A DNA stretch of 64,000 bases, from IMG/VR virus record IMGVR_UViG_3300049484_000177, positions 1 through 64,000 of that record, one strand, 5' to 3'. How positions within the stretch are numbered: position 1 is the first letter of the stretch; every line of letters starts with the position of its first letter. Of this stretch, positions 47,544 to 58,017 are shown piece after piece. A program made the position numbers and the translations under genes. The notes beneath the pieces were generated by a model. It was not told the DNA's origin and did no database searches. It worked only from the letters and a program-made list of their open reading frames with translations. The DNA is from a virus.

Positions 47544-47992
47544 CTGAATGAAGTAGTTATGAGCAGCCGTACATCATATAACCGACCTCATGGTAAATCG
47601 CGAAAGCGATGGTCGGGAATTGGTGTTCATGGTTGTCGTAACTGGTGGGCTGAATGGTTGGTATGGGAGGAACCCGCGGGGAAGGCCCGGCGGTTCCGGA
47701 TAGTTTCTTCAACGCCATTAGCTCCAACCGGGATAAGCTCCGGTGGCTGTGGGAGAACGCTCGTTAGTAGGCGGGTGCTTCCACCTAACATATTCACGAG
47801 TGGCTTTGGCTAAACACACGTCCCGGCACGGTAGCATTGCCGGGCATTTCCGTTAGAGCGACACGGCAATAACGTCGTGTGGCAGCGATGTCAACGTACC
47901 CACTGACTCGCTGCAAAAAGCAGTGTGGCCCCGAGCTGCTTGTACAATCTCGGGGCTTATTCAATACTTACCCTTACAAGCAAAGACTACCT

Positions 47993-49216
47993 ATGGACAA
48001 TAAACCATCCAAATACAAAGCACCGTTCCCATACTTCGGCAGCAAGAGCATCATAGCTGGGGAGGTATGGAAGAGGTTTGGGAAGGTGCATAACTATATC
48101 GAGCCGTTCTTTGGGTCTGGGGCAGTGTTGTTAGCTCGACCCCTTCCGTTCTCAGGTAAAGAAATATGCAATGACAAGGATGGCATGGTGAGTAATTTCT
48201 GGAGGGCAGTTGCCCACGATCCAGAAAAGGTGGCTCATTATGCTGATTGGCCAATTAACGAAAATGACAAACACGCCCGTCACATATGGTTGGTTAACAG
48301 GAAAGATTCATTACAGACCAAACTAGAGGGAGATCCAAATTATTACAACGCGAAGATAGCTGGATGGTGGGTGTGGGGCCTGTGTCTACATATTGGGGGC
48401 GGATTCTGCTCAGGAGAAGGTGGATGGAGAATAATCGATGGAGAATTAACGAGAGGTAATAATGAAGAAGATTCTCCTACTATAGATAGGTCGAGACAGC
48501 AAACTATAGGAAACAGAGGAGTAGCTAAGGCTGTAACTAGATCCAGGCAACATCTCAAAGGGAATAGAGGAGTAGCTAAGGCTGTAACTAGATCCAGGCA
48601 ATATATGGTATCCAGACAAGGAATCATCAAAACAATCACAGAAGAGTGGGGGGTAAACAGGTCTGTTATAAATATAGGAGCCAAGAGAGGTGTACTAAGA
48701 TCAAGTGAAAGAGGTAACTCAGAAGGGGCCGGACTAGGCAACGGTACTATTTATGAATGGTTTGATGCACTATGCGGACGTATGAAATCGGTCCTGATTT
48801 GTTGTGGCGAATGGTATCGTGTGTGTGGGGGAAAGAGAGGGGATGCATTAGCTGCCATGTTATCTGGTGGTCCGACGTGTGGTGTGTTCTTGGACCCTCC
48901 TTATTCTTTTGATGCAGGTCGTGATATGAATCTCTATAGATACGAATCAGGTAGTGTAGCGTATGCCGTGCGTGAATGGTGTCTAAAATATGGAGACGAC
49001 TCGCGATTTCGTATAGCGCTCTGTGGGTATGAAAGTGAGCATAATATGCCTGATTCATGGGAGTGTCTAGAGTGGAAAGGCACAGGTGGAATGTCTAACA
49101 TGGCCAAAAAGAAAACCAGAGCGAAAGATAACGCCATACGCGAACGTATATGGTTCTCACCACACTGTCTAAAAGCAAAGGATCGTCTTCCACTACTTAA
49201 GATGTTAGATAAATAA
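47993..49216 (+). CDS. DNA adenine methyltransferase (Dam/D12-like)
   Basis: PFPYFGSKS, YIEPFFGSGAV, CNDKD, FLDPPY; start placed at MDNKP. Confidence 0.85.
   Translation: MDNKPSKYKAPFPYFGSKSIIAGEVWKRFGKVHNYIEPFFGSGAVLLARPLPFSGKEICNDKDGMVSNFWRAVAHDPEKVAHYADWPINENDKHARHIWLVNRKDSLQTKLEGDPNYYNAKIAGWWVWGLCLHIGGGFCSGEGGWRIIDGELTRGNNEEDSPTIDRSRQQTIGNRGVAKAVTRSRQHLKGNRGVAKAVTRSRQYMVSRQGIIKTITEEWGVNRSVINIGAKRGVLRSSERGNSEGAGLGNGTIYEWFDALCGRMKSVLICCGEWYRVCGGKRGDALAAMLSGGPTCGVFLDPPYSFDAGRDMNLYRYESGSVAYAVREWCLKYGDDSRFRIALCGYESEHNMPDSWECLEWKGTGGMSNMAKKKTRAKDNAIRERIWFSPHCLKAKDRLPLLKMLDK
48515..48601 (+). repeat. Tandem coding repeat with 51-nt period inside the methyltransferase
   Basis: AGAGGAGTAGCTAAGGCTGTAACTAGATCCAGGCAA exact at 48515 and 48566. 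Confidence 0.9.
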
Positions 49217-49218
49217 CA

Positions 49219-50607
49219 ATGGCAAGTAATCCAACATCCTTAGATGCTTATAGGCTCATGCACGATGGGTCTATCGCTCTGTCTCAGTTGGAACATAATG
49301 GCATTCGGGTTGATATGGACCATCTCCGCAAAGCAAAGGCTGAAGTGGAGGAATCAATAAGACGTCTCAAAGCTAATCTATTATCTAGTGACGTCTACCA
49401 AAGCCAGAGAAAGATGTTCGGAGACAAAGCAAAGATCACCAGCCGCCAGCAGTTAGCTAAGGTTCTAGAGAAAGATTATAAGGCAACCATACCAAAGACC
49501 GAAAGCGGTAAGAACTATAACCTGGACGAACTTGTCCTTCAGGCAGTTGCATCCAAACACGACGTCCAATACTGCCGGGACTTCATGGAACACGAAAGTC
49601 TCGTCAAGCTTAATGGTACATATCTGGATGGTGTAATACGGGAGGTTGTGGATGGTTACCTTCACGTTATATTCAATCTACATTTGGCTAGGACGCACCG
49701 TTCAAGTTGCGATAGCCCAAACCTACAAAATGTACCAATTCGTGATCCTCTCATAGCTAAATACATTCGCACAGCATTCATCCCACGCCCTGGTCACGCT
49801 CTGGTAGAGATCGATTTCAGTGCGTTGGAGTTTCGTATTTGTGCTTGCTTTTATCGTGACCCAGCTATGGTCCAATATGCCAGCGATCCTGACAAAGACA
49901 TTCACCGGGATTGTGCAGCTAAGATATTCAAAGCCAACCGGGATGACATAACGAAACAGGATCGTTTCTGTGCAAAGAACCTGTTCGTGTTCCCCGAGTT
50001 GTATGGGGATTTCTACTTACAGTGTGCTCAGAATCTGTGGGATGCTATGAGTAGGCATTCCCTAACCATACAAAACACGCCAGCAAAGGAGTGGCTGAGC
50101 AATAATGGGGTCACTAGGTTAGGTGAATGTGATTCGAAGAAGAAGCCTGTACCTGGCACCTTCGAACATCACATGAAGAAGTTCGAGGATGAATTCTATC
50201 AGTGGTTTCCGGTGCTAGATGAACGTAGGGACAAGTTCTGGGCTGAGTACAAGAAGACCGGTCAGTTCGATCTAATGACTGGGTTTGTTATTAGGGGTGT
50301 GTTCAAACGTAACTTCGTCCTTAACTGTATCATTCAAGGCCCGGCGTTTCACTTGTTGCTGTGGTCCCTGATACAGATAGTTAGGTGGACCCAAAAGCAC
50401 AAGACCAAGACAAAGGTAGTGGCACAGATTCACGATAGTATACTGGCCGACGTCCATCTGAGTGAGCTAGATGAGTACATGGAATTCGCCGTTAAGGTTA
50501 TGACCCAAATGGTGAAAGAGCACTATCGTTGGGTTATAACTCCTTTGAATGTAGAGGCTGAAATTGGAAGATTGAACTGGTACGAAAAGGAGAAGCTTGC
50601 AATATGA
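49219..50607 (+). CDS. Family A DNA polymerase, polymerase domain
   Basis: SPNLQNVP, motif A IDFSALEFR, motif B RFCAKNLFVFPELYG, motif C QIHDSI. Confidence 0.9.
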   Translation: MASNPTSLDAYRLMHDGSIALSQLEHNGIRVDMDHLRKAKAEVEESIRRLKANLLSSDVYQSQRKMFGDKAKITSRQQLAKVLEKDYKATIPKTESGKNYNLDELVLQAVASKHDVQYCRDFMEHESLVKLNGTYLDGVIREVVDGYLHVIFNLHLARTHRSSCDSPNLQNVPIRDPLIAKYIRTAFIPRPGHALVEIDFSALEFRICACFYRDPAMVQYASDPDKDIHRDCAAKIFKANRDDITKQDRFCAKNLFVFPELYGDFYLQCAQNLWDAMSRHSLTIQNTPAKEWLSNNGVTRLGECDSKKKPVPGTFEHHMKKFEDEFYQWFPVLDERRDKFWAEYKKTGQFDLMTGFVIRGVFKRNFVLNCIIQGPAFHLLLWSLIQIVRWTQKHKTKTKVVAQIHDSILADVHLSELDEYMEFAVKVMTQMVKEHYRWVITPLNVEAEIGRLNWYEKEKLAI

Positions 50608-51350
50608 CTAGTCCAATCAAGGATGAATGGATATCTAAGGATGGCAGGATTAGGTTACTGTTAGGTAACTGTCTGGAGATCCTACCAACACTGAAGATCG
50701 GAAGTGTGAATATAGTAATTGATCCTCCTTACGGTATTAACGAGAAGTGGGGGTGTGGCAAAGGATGGGTATCAAATGGAATCAATGGACGTGGTCGACT
50801 GTGGAACGGCACACCAGACTGGGACAAAGAACCAGCATGGCGTGAAGTACAAGTTACTCTTGCATTAATACATCATTATGCAATTATATGGGGAGGAAAC
50901 TACTTTGACCTACCACCTGCCTCTGGTTGGTTGGTTTGGGACAAGATGCAAATACACACTGGAAGTCACGCAGAGTTAGCTTGGTCTAATATACCTCAAC
51001 CAATACGAACATTCAGAATGAGCCGTATTGATGCTTATGTCAATATTGGGGAATATAAACAACACCCAAACCAGAAACCAACGAGGTTAATGTCATGGTG
51101 CCTGTCATTCATTAAGGGTGACTTGCCCATTCTTGATTCAATGATGGGTTCAGGAACAACTGGTGTGGCTTGTGTTTATGAAGATCGTCGATTTATTGGA
51201 ATTGAAATCGACCCCACCTATTATGAGATTGCTAAGAAGCGTATTCATAATGCAATGACAGATAAATCCAGACGATTTCAACTCACAAGCACCAAGAAGT
51301 TAACTACATCATCTCTGTTCCCAATAGAAAAGAACAAGAGGCCAAAATGA
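50604..51350 (+). CDS. DNA methyltransferase (N4/N6, beta class)
   Basis: DPPYG, HPNQKP, DSMMGSGTT. Confidence 0.88.
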   Translation: MTSPIKDEWISKDGRIRLLLGNCLEILPTLKIGSVNIVIDPPYGINEKWGCGKGWVSNGINGRGRLWNGTPDWDKEPAWREVQVTLALIHHYAIIWGGNYFDLPPASGWLVWDKMQIHTGSHAELAWSNIPQPIRTFRMSRIDAYVNIGEYKQHPNQKPTRLMSWCLSFIKGDLPILDSMMGSGTTGVACVYEDRRFIGIEIDPTYYEIAKKRIHNAMTDKSRRFQLTSTKKLTTSSLFPIEKNKRPK

Positions 51351-52282
51351 CAACAGTAGAACTGTACCGCCGGTATCGTCCGACCTCCCTGGAAGGTCTG
51401 ATTGGTCAAGACAAGGTAGTCAAGATGGTAGGAGCTATGCTGGAGAAGGGCAAAATCCCGCATTGCATACTAGCCAGCGGTCCGTCTGGTTGTGGCAAAA
51501 CCACTATCTTCAGAATATTACGAGCATCCCTGAATTGCTCTGACATGGATTTCAAGGAGATCAACGCTGCTGATTTCCGGGGCATTGATTTCATACGTGA
51601 CATAAGGCAAAGCCTTAACCTCAGTCCGATGAATGGGGATGCTAAGGTATGGTTAGTAGATGAATGTCACCAGCTAACCGCCCAGGCGCAGGAATCGTTC
51701 CTCAAGATGCTAGAGGACACACCATCTCATGTCTACTTCTTCCTGGCATCTACCGACCCACAGAAACTCAAGAAGACCATCATCACCCGCAGCACCCACC
51801 TTCAGTTAGAGGCACTAAACGAGCAACAGTTAGCCGGGCTGGTTAGCTCTGTGTACCGCAAGGAAACGAAGCAGAAGCTACCGCAGGCTATCGTCGATAA
51901 GATTGCCAATCTATCCGATGGGTCAGCCCGTAAGTCATTGGTATTGTTACATCAGATCATTAACCTAGACATGGAAGACGAGGACAAGATACTCGATGCT
52001 CTGCAATCTACCTCGTCCGAACGTCAGTCCATTGAAATATGCCGGGCATTACTCAACCCAAGAACTGACTGGAAGACAATGGCTGCTATACTCAAAGGTG
52101 TGACAGACGATCCGGAACAAATAAGGTGGTTAGTTTTAGGGTACATGAAGTCGGTGGCGTTATCCGGTGGTAAGATTAGTAATAGGGCATGCAGCATCAT
52201 CGACGAGTTCCGAGACAACTTCTACGATAGCAAGCATGCTGGTCTTGTAGTATCTTGCTATCGCGTTATCGAAGGTCACTAA
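51347..52282 (+). CDS. Clamp loader (DNA pol III gamma/tau-like AAA+)
   Basis: LYRRYRP, GPSGCGKTT, VDECH, LKMLE. Confidence 0.88.
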   Translation: MTTVELYRRYRPTSLEGLIGQDKVVKMVGAMLEKGKIPHCILASGPSGCGKTTIFRILRASLNCSDMDFKEINAADFRGIDFIRDIRQSLNLSPMNGDAKVWLVDECHQLTAQAQESFLKMLEDTPSHVYFFLASTDPQKLKKTIITRSTHLQLEALNEQQLAGLVSSVYRKETKQKLPQAIVDKIANLSDGSARKSLVLLHQIINLDMEDEDKILDALQSTSSERQSIEICRALLNPRTDWKTMAAILKGVTDDPEQIRWLVLGYMKSVALSGGKISNRACSIIDEFRDNFYDSKHAGLVVSCYRVIEGH

Positions 52283-52974
52283 TATTGGGTGCCATAAAAG
52301 ACAAGTGGGAAAGCCCAGATGGTAGTATACGTTTGCTGTTAGGCAACAGCCTAGACATCGTGTCTGTCTTGGGATCTATAGATACCATCATAACAGATCC
52401 TCCTTACGGAATGTCTTACCGATCCAACCATAGAAAACCACAGACGAGGCATGACTATATCAGTGGGGATGAAGATACAGAAATGTTGTTATGGGCATGC
52501 AACCTAAACGTCTCGTACAGTAAGTATGTTTTTTGTAGATGGGATAACATACCAAGTGTACCAAAACCCAATAGCATAGTAACGTGGGTCAAGAACAACT
52601 GGTCTGGGGGAGATCTAAAACACGAACACGGCAGACAAACAGAAATCATTTTATTTTACGCTGGGGAAAACCATACTTTCCCTGATGGACGACCTCCGGA
52701 CGTAGTTAACCATCGTAGAACCGATAACGAACATCACCCTAGCGAAAAGCCAGTAAGTCTAATGAGGAGAATCATCGAATGGACAATAGGTACTGTGGTT
52801 GATCCATTTATGGGATCTGGATCAACGGGTCTAGCCTGCGTCATTACCAATCGACCATTTATAGGCATTGAAATCGATCCTTCCCATTTCAATACATCCA
52901 AAAAGCGTATTGTATCAGCATTGAAAGACAAGAGATCACAATTCAACCTGCTACCACGTCGTATGAAAGGTTAG
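52255..52974 (+). CDS. DNA methyltransferase (N4/N6, beta class); start uncertain
   Basis: TDPPYG, HPSEKP, DPFMGSGST. Confidence 0.85.
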   Translation: MLSRYRRSLILGAIKDKWESPDGSIRLLLGNSLDIVSVLGSIDTIITDPPYGMSYRSNHRKPQTRHDYISGDEDTEMLLWACNLNVSYSKYVFCRWDNIPSVPKPNSIVTWVKNNWSGGDLKHEHGRQTEIILFYAGENHTFPDGRPPDVVNHRRTDNEHHPSEKPVSLMRRIIEWTIGTVVDPFMGSGSTGLACVITNRPFIGIEIDPSHFNTSKKRIVSALKDKRSQFNLLPRRMKG

Positions 52975-53193
52975 ACTACATTCTGTCATATCACAGGAAT
53001 TAATCCCGAAGATATGGTATGAATGTGGTGTTTCCTATGTCGTTAGCGATCCAAATTCTGTGCTGGGTGATTGTTGGGTGGGTCGTAGTCCGCTACGTGA
53101 TGCCCATTACAGCCTATCACATTTCCAAGGCCGTTGCCTTGGGTTGGCTCGCGGGTTTCCACGTGTTTGTTAATGCAATGGAGGAACGTAAGT

Positions 53194-54534
53194 ATGGTCA
53201 GTCAACGAGAGAAACGGGAACAGCGGAAGAAGCTGAGCGGGAGGAAAAGAGCAGAGGAGCACAAGAGCGGGTTCGAGACTAAGTGCTTCAAGCTGCCGGA
53301 CGGCAAGCGGCTGTTCACGGTCAAGCAGGAGGGAGTCAAGCGGATCGACATTATCCCCTATGAAGTACCCGAGGGTGTCCGCAATCCCAACGCCCGATCC
53401 GGCGAATTGCACATGGAACGGACCTACTACGCCCACCGGGACGTCGGGCCGGATGGTGACATGTACCCCTGCCTGAAGAAGACATTCAACAAGCCCTGCC
53501 CTATCTGTGATTACCGGGCCAGCATGCTCAAAGACCCAGACGCCGACGAAGACCTCGTCAAGAGTATGGCTCCCAAGGAACGGCAGTTGTGGAACGTGTT
53601 CGATCACGACGAGCCCGAACGTGGCGTGCAAATCTGGGATGTGTCATTTCATCTGTTCGGCAAGCAGTTAGATGCTCGTGTGCTGAACTCTGACGAAGAG
53701 GACAACTACGAGTTCTACGCCGACCCCGTTGATGGTATGACGCTGAAGGTGGGATTCAAGGAAGAGTCATTCGGTAGGGGCACCTTCTACACAACGTCCA
53801 CCCTCGACTTCAAGGCCAGGAAAACGCCACTGTCGGACGAGTTGTTAGAGCAGGCGTTAGTCCTCGACAGCCTGCTCACCGAGTACAAATACGACCAGCT
53901 CAAAGAGGTCTTCCTGCAAACGGCTGAATCGGATGAAGATGAACCCATCCGTGAGCCAAAGAAGAAGGGCAAACCTCCGGTCGAGGAAGAGGTCGAGGAA
54001 GAAGAGCCTGACGAGGACGTTGATGAGGACGAGGACAACGAGGAGGAGGAGTTAGAGGAGGACGATGAAGAACAGGAAGCAGAGGACGAAGAAGAGGAGG
54101 AAGAGGAGGAGGAGGCTCCCAAATCAAAAAAGGCAAGTGCCGCGACTGCGGCAAAGACTTCATCCCCACCAACGAAATCAACGACTACTGCGAAAACTGC
54201 CTCCCCTTCTAAGTCTAAGCCATCCCCAAAGACGGCCAAAGACTTCGGCATCGCCGTGAAAGACATCGTTGATCACGAAGAGTTCGGTGAGTGCGAAGTG
54301 GTGGCCATTAGCAAGGATGGATCGGCCGTCTATGTCATGGACAAGAAGAACAAGAAGCATTCGGTCGGCCCGGAGGAGTTGACCAAGGTCGAGTTCGAGG
54401 ACGATGAACCAGAGGAGAAAGAAAAGCCCAAGGCCAAATCCAAACCCACGGCCACAACATCCAAGGGCAAGGGAATGCCCGCCGCCAAGGAGGAAGAGGA
54501 AGAGTGGGATGAGGATTGGGACGAGGAAGGATAG
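53194..54534 (+). CDS. Single-stranded DNA-binding protein (gp32-like) with long acidic tail
   Basis: YYAH..YPC..PCPIC; very acidic tract; C-terminus EEEWDEDWDEEG. Confidence 0.7.
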   Translation: MVSQREKREQRKKLSGRKRAEEHKSGFETKCFKLPDGKRLFTVKQEGVKRIDIIPYEVPEGVRNPNARSGELHMERTYYAHRDVGPDGDMYPCLKKTFNKPCPICDYRASMLKDPDADEDLVKSMAPKERQLWNVFDHDEPERGVQIWDVSFHLFGKQLDARVLNSDEEDNYEFYADPVDGMTLKVGFKEESFGRGTFYTTSTLDFKARKTPLSDELLEQALVLDSLLTEYKYDQLKEVFLQTAESDEDEPIREPKKKGKPPVEEEVEEEEPDEDVDEDEDNEEEELEEDDEEQEAEDEEEEEEEEEAPKSKKASAATAAKTSSPPTKSTTTAKTASPSKSKPSPKTAKDFGIAVKDIVDHEEFGECEVVAISKDGSAVYVMDKKNKKHSVGPEELTKVEFEDDEPEEKEKPKAKSKPTATTSKGKGMPAAKEEEEEWDEDWDEEG

Positions 54535-54554
54535 GAAGAGTAGTTCACACCCCT

Positions 54555-54619
54555 CCCAGCCGGTTGATCCTCCCGTTTAGAGGCCCTTCACGGTGGTTGA
54601 TCCCGGCTGGGACTTTTTG
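54555..54619 (+). terminator. Long hairpin/terminator after the SSB gene
   Basis: TCCCAGCCGG...CCGGCTGGGA followed by CTTTTT. Confidence 0.55.
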
Positions 54620-54823
54620 GTCCATGAGTGTAGGTATAACGGATGGAACCAGAGACCTGGCACTGCTCCCATAACGACGTCTCAAACCTTCCGACGTATC
54701 TTTCACTCGATGCAAACTGGAAGCGTTATGACAACGTATGGAAGTACGAAAACGCTTGCGATGCGTAGTGCCGAACTATTTCGTCACGCTCCCGGCTGGG
54801 AATGGAACCAGTGCGGGAGTATT

Positions 54824-54897
<74 letters not shown>

Positions 54898-54916
54898 TTA
54901 TTGAAGGGAGAGACAC

Positions 54917-56011
54917 ATGACAGAAGAACGAACGAAGGTTAGTGCAATCAAAGCAGCTAGACTTAAGTCACCGTTCACAGAGGACGAGCTGCTTCATACT
55001 GGCAGTCTGCTACTCAACCTATCCGTATCAGGTAATCCAAATGGTGGCATCCTCAAGGGACGATACTTCTATCTTGTTGGGGACAGTAGCAGCGGCAAGA
55101 CTTTCTTCACGCTCACCGCGTTAGCAGAAGCATCCATCAACCCTGCTTTCGATGATTATCGTTTGATATACGATGACGTTGAGGGTGGGGCACTTATGGA
55201 TGTAGAGAGGTACTTTGGAGGCAAACTAGCCGACCGCATTGAGCCTCCATCTGGCACTAAAGATCGTCCAATCTATTCAGCATTAGTCGAGGAGTTCTAC
55301 TTCCACCTGGACGATGCATTCAATCGTAGGGAACCGTTCATCTATGTCCTCGATTCGCAGGATGCTCTCGATAGTCTCTACTCACAAAAGAAGTTCAGGC
55401 AGCTCAAAATAGCATCCCGCACGGACACTAAGGCGAAGGGTGACTATGGGGATGGTAAGGCCAAGTTCCACAGCACCCGTATTCGCAGCGTCGTATCCAA
55501 GCTGCGAGAGACTGGTTCGATTCTCATACTGGTGAACCAAACACGGGACGTTATAAGCACCACACCATTTGGACCTAAAACACAAGCTAGTGGTGGTCGA
55601 GCATTGAAATTCTATGCTGCTGCCCAAATATGGACGTCGGTTAAGGGCAAGCTAGTTAGGACCATCAACAAGAAGAAACGTCAGGTAGGCATAGAAGCCA
55701 GGGTATCCATCAAGAAGAATCGCATCAGTGGCAAGGAATGGTCTGTTGTGGTTCCTATCTACTTCTCCCACGGCATCGACGACATAGGCTCTTGTGTGGA
55801 ATTCCTAGCGGACGAGGGTAGGTGGGGACGAAACAAAAAGACTGGCATGATTAGGGCCAGCGACTTCGACGACATCTCTGGTAATCTGGATACGGTAGTT
55901 AGGAAGATCGAGGAGTTAGGGTTGGAGAACGAGGTCCGTGAGATAACGGCAGAGGTCTTTCAGGAGATCGAAGAGGCCGCCCGTGTAGTAAGGAAGCGAC
56001 GGTATGAATAA
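54917..56011 (+). CDS. RecA/UvsX-like recombinase
   Basis: TGSLLLN, GDSSSGKT, VLDS, VNQTR, SGGRALKFYA, KKNR. Confidence 0.88.
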   Translation: MTEERTKVSAIKAARLKSPFTEDELLHTGSLLLNLSVSGNPNGGILKGRYFYLVGDSSSGKTFFTLTALAEASINPAFDDYRLIYDDVEGGALMDVERYFGGKLADRIEPPSGTKDRPIYSALVEEFYFHLDDAFNRREPFIYVLDSQDALDSLYSQKKFRQLKIASRTDTKAKGDYGDGKAKFHSTRIRSVVSKLRETGSILILVNQTRDVISTTPFGPKTQASGGRALKFYAAAQIWTSVKGKLVRTINKKKRQVGIEARVSIKKNRISGKEWSVVVPIYFSHGIDDIGSCVEFLADEGRWGRNKKTGMIRASDFDDISGNLDTVVRKIEELGLENEVREITAEVFQEIEEAARVVRKRRYE

Positions 56012-56480
56012 ACGGCGTTATCGGGAAGATGCTGATTTCCTGCGACCGTGGACACAAGACGAAATAGACTATGCTCTCAACACAATTCTACCAGCCAACA
56101 GTGTTGAGCAGTTCCACGGTCTCTGTGATGTAGTAGGTAGTAAGCTAGGACGTAGCGGATCGGCCGTTAGTCGGTTCATGTGGGGTCTAGCTTCCCGTAT
56201 TACTCATACTGAATACACCCCCGGTCCAGGTAGGATTCCCCGCTCGGATAAGTACACCTACTGCGACATTCGCATGACCGAGTTAGCATCGAAGGCTATC
56301 ACTAAGGATAAGAATGCAAAGGCTGGTCGGTCCAATCCACAATATCTAGCAGGCATACTAGGTCACCCGGTCGAAATGGTAGAAGTGCTCTGGCGGAAGT
56401 ATGGGTGGGGAGCGGGGAGGTCTAGGTTTCAGTTGGATCGGTATACTATATCCAACAAGCAAGTAGGACCAATGAAATGA
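56004..56480 (+). CDS. Hypothetical protein, possibly DNA-binding
   Basis: PWTQDE..KLGRSGSAV. Confidence 0.5.
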   Translation: MNKRRYREDADFLRPWTQDEIDYALNTILPANSVEQFHGLCDVVGSKLGRSGSAVSRFMWGLASRITHTEYTPGPGRIPRSDKYTYCDIRMTELASKAITKDKNAKAGRSNPQYLAGILGHPVEMVEVLWRKYGWGAGRSRFQLDRYTISNKQVGPMK

Positions 56481-56702
56481 TGATACCCAAAAAGATTCGC
56501 CAAGCCATTAATATTGCAATAGGCGAAGTGAGCAACGAGATCGGAAACTTTGGTAGTAGAAGTCGAGTTGCTGCAGGAATGGCATCTGAAGGTTATAGTG
56601 GAGGTTACAGGGATGCTCTCCATGATGTGTTACTGTTACTGAATGGGAACATACCAAACCGACGTCACTACTGGTATCATCTAACCGACAAAGGCAAGTG
56701 AA

Positions 56703-57494
56703 ATGAGTACATGGCTAGTTCTAGATAGCTCTTATCTCGTGTATCGTGCTGCCTATGCCATGAGAGATGCTGGCGATCCTGTCTACGGGTTCCTAGCTAC
56801 TGTAATGTCGCTCAGGGAACGGTTCGACACGGACAACTTCGTGTTCGCATTCGACCGGGGTAAGCTGAAACGCACTGAGATACTACCTACATACAAAGAC
56901 AGACCACCGAGGAGTCCAGACCACGAGGAAGAGCATAAGTTGGCCAAACAAACAATGGAGCAGCTACGTCGTAAGCTGCTACCATTCTTTGGGTTCAAGA
57001 ACATCTTGTCTCAACCCGGTTATGAGGCGGACGACGTTATTGCTAGTGTGGTTATCAACAGCCTACCGGAAGGTGATGATGCAGTTATAGTTTCTACTGA
57101 CAACGATTTACTGCAACTACTAAGTACTGATCGGGTGGTGATATACAATCCCAATAAGGAACTTGTGTATAATGAGGCTAAGTTCTCGGAAGAGTGGTAT
57201 GGTCTGCAACCAGGAGATTGGGCACTGGTGAAAGCAATCGCGGGATGCCGATCGGACAACGTTCCAGGTATACGAGGTATTGGAGAAACTACAGCAGCTA
57301 AGTTCGTAGCTGGTCAACTGCCGTGGCATAGCAGTGGTTATGAGAAGATCAAATCAACCAAGAAGTCAGTCTTCGAAGAAAGACTCAAGCTAGTCAAACT
57401 TCCGTATGAGGGAACACAGACATTCACACTAGCTGAGGATGATAATGTGGATTGGAGGAGGGTGAGGACTTATGCTCCGAAGTCAGATGACTAA
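56703..57494 (+). CDS. 5'-3' exonuclease / flap endonuclease
   Basis: LDSSYLVYRA, YEADDVIA, STDNDLLQL, SDNVPGIRGIGETTA. Confidence 0.9.
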   Translation: MSTWLVLDSSYLVYRAAYAMRDAGDPVYGFLATVMSLRERFDTDNFVFAFDRGKLKRTEILPTYKDRPPRSPDHEEEHKLAKQTMEQLRRKLLPFFGFKNILSQPGYEADDVIASVVINSLPEGDDAVIVSTDNDLLQLLSTDRVVIYNPNKELVYNEAKFSEEWYGLQPGDWALVKAIAGCRSDNVPGIRGIGETTAAKFVAGQLPWHSSGYEKIKSTKKSVFEERLKLVKLPYEGTQTFTLAEDDNVDWRRVRTYAPKSDD

Positions 57495-58017
57495 ATTCAT
57501 AGGCATCGACCCTGGCACGCACGGAGGCATAGCCGTTATCGATCTAAGTGGTCAGGTAGAGTACCTTCGTAAGATGCCAGAGACAGAAGTAGATATATGG
57601 CAATTGATAGATGAGATTTCAATGGAGGCGTCACGCGCGGCTATTGAGAAGGTGCATTCCAGACCAGTATTCACACCAGGTAAACCATGCCCATTATGTC
57701 ACCGCCCACCCAACTTCAATCCAGGAATGAAATCGTCGTTCGCCTTTGGCCAAAACTACGGCTTCCTTCGTGCGTGCCTAACTGCGACAGAGGTCCGATT
57801 CCAAACCGTAGATCCGAAGATATGGCAGAGGGACGTTGGCATTATACCCAAGCAAAAGGGCGAAACAAACACTCACTGGAAGAACAGACTCAAGGCTCAT
57901 GCACAGCAGCTTTTCCCTCATGTGAACATAACCTTAGCAACGGCAGATGCGCTTCTTATAGCAGAGTTTTGCAGGATGCATTATAATGTCACAACCAGCA
58001 GAAAACAAAATCATTGA
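57487..58017 (+). CDS. RuvC-like Holliday junction resolvase
   Basis: FIGIDPG, AIEKV, SSFAFG, P..WQ, ADALLIA. Confidence 0.8.
   Translation: MTKFIGIDPGTHGGIAVIDLSGQVEYLRKMPETEVDIWQLIDEISMEASRAAIEKVHSRPVFTPGKPCPLCHRPPNFNPGMKSSFAFGQNYGFLRACLTATEVRFQTVDPKIWQRDVGIIPKQKGETNTHWKNRLKAHAQQLFPHVNITLATADALLIAEFCRMHYNVTTSRKQNH

Noticed and set aside
47879-47992. N-terminal extension of the Dam-like methylase as given in the ORF track
   Set aside because: It overlaps strong hairpins, and the conserved PFPYFG motif starts just after the ATG at 47993
53940-54120. Glu/Asp low-complexity tract as a separate repeat element
   Set aside because: Ordinary acidic linker of the SSB-like protein
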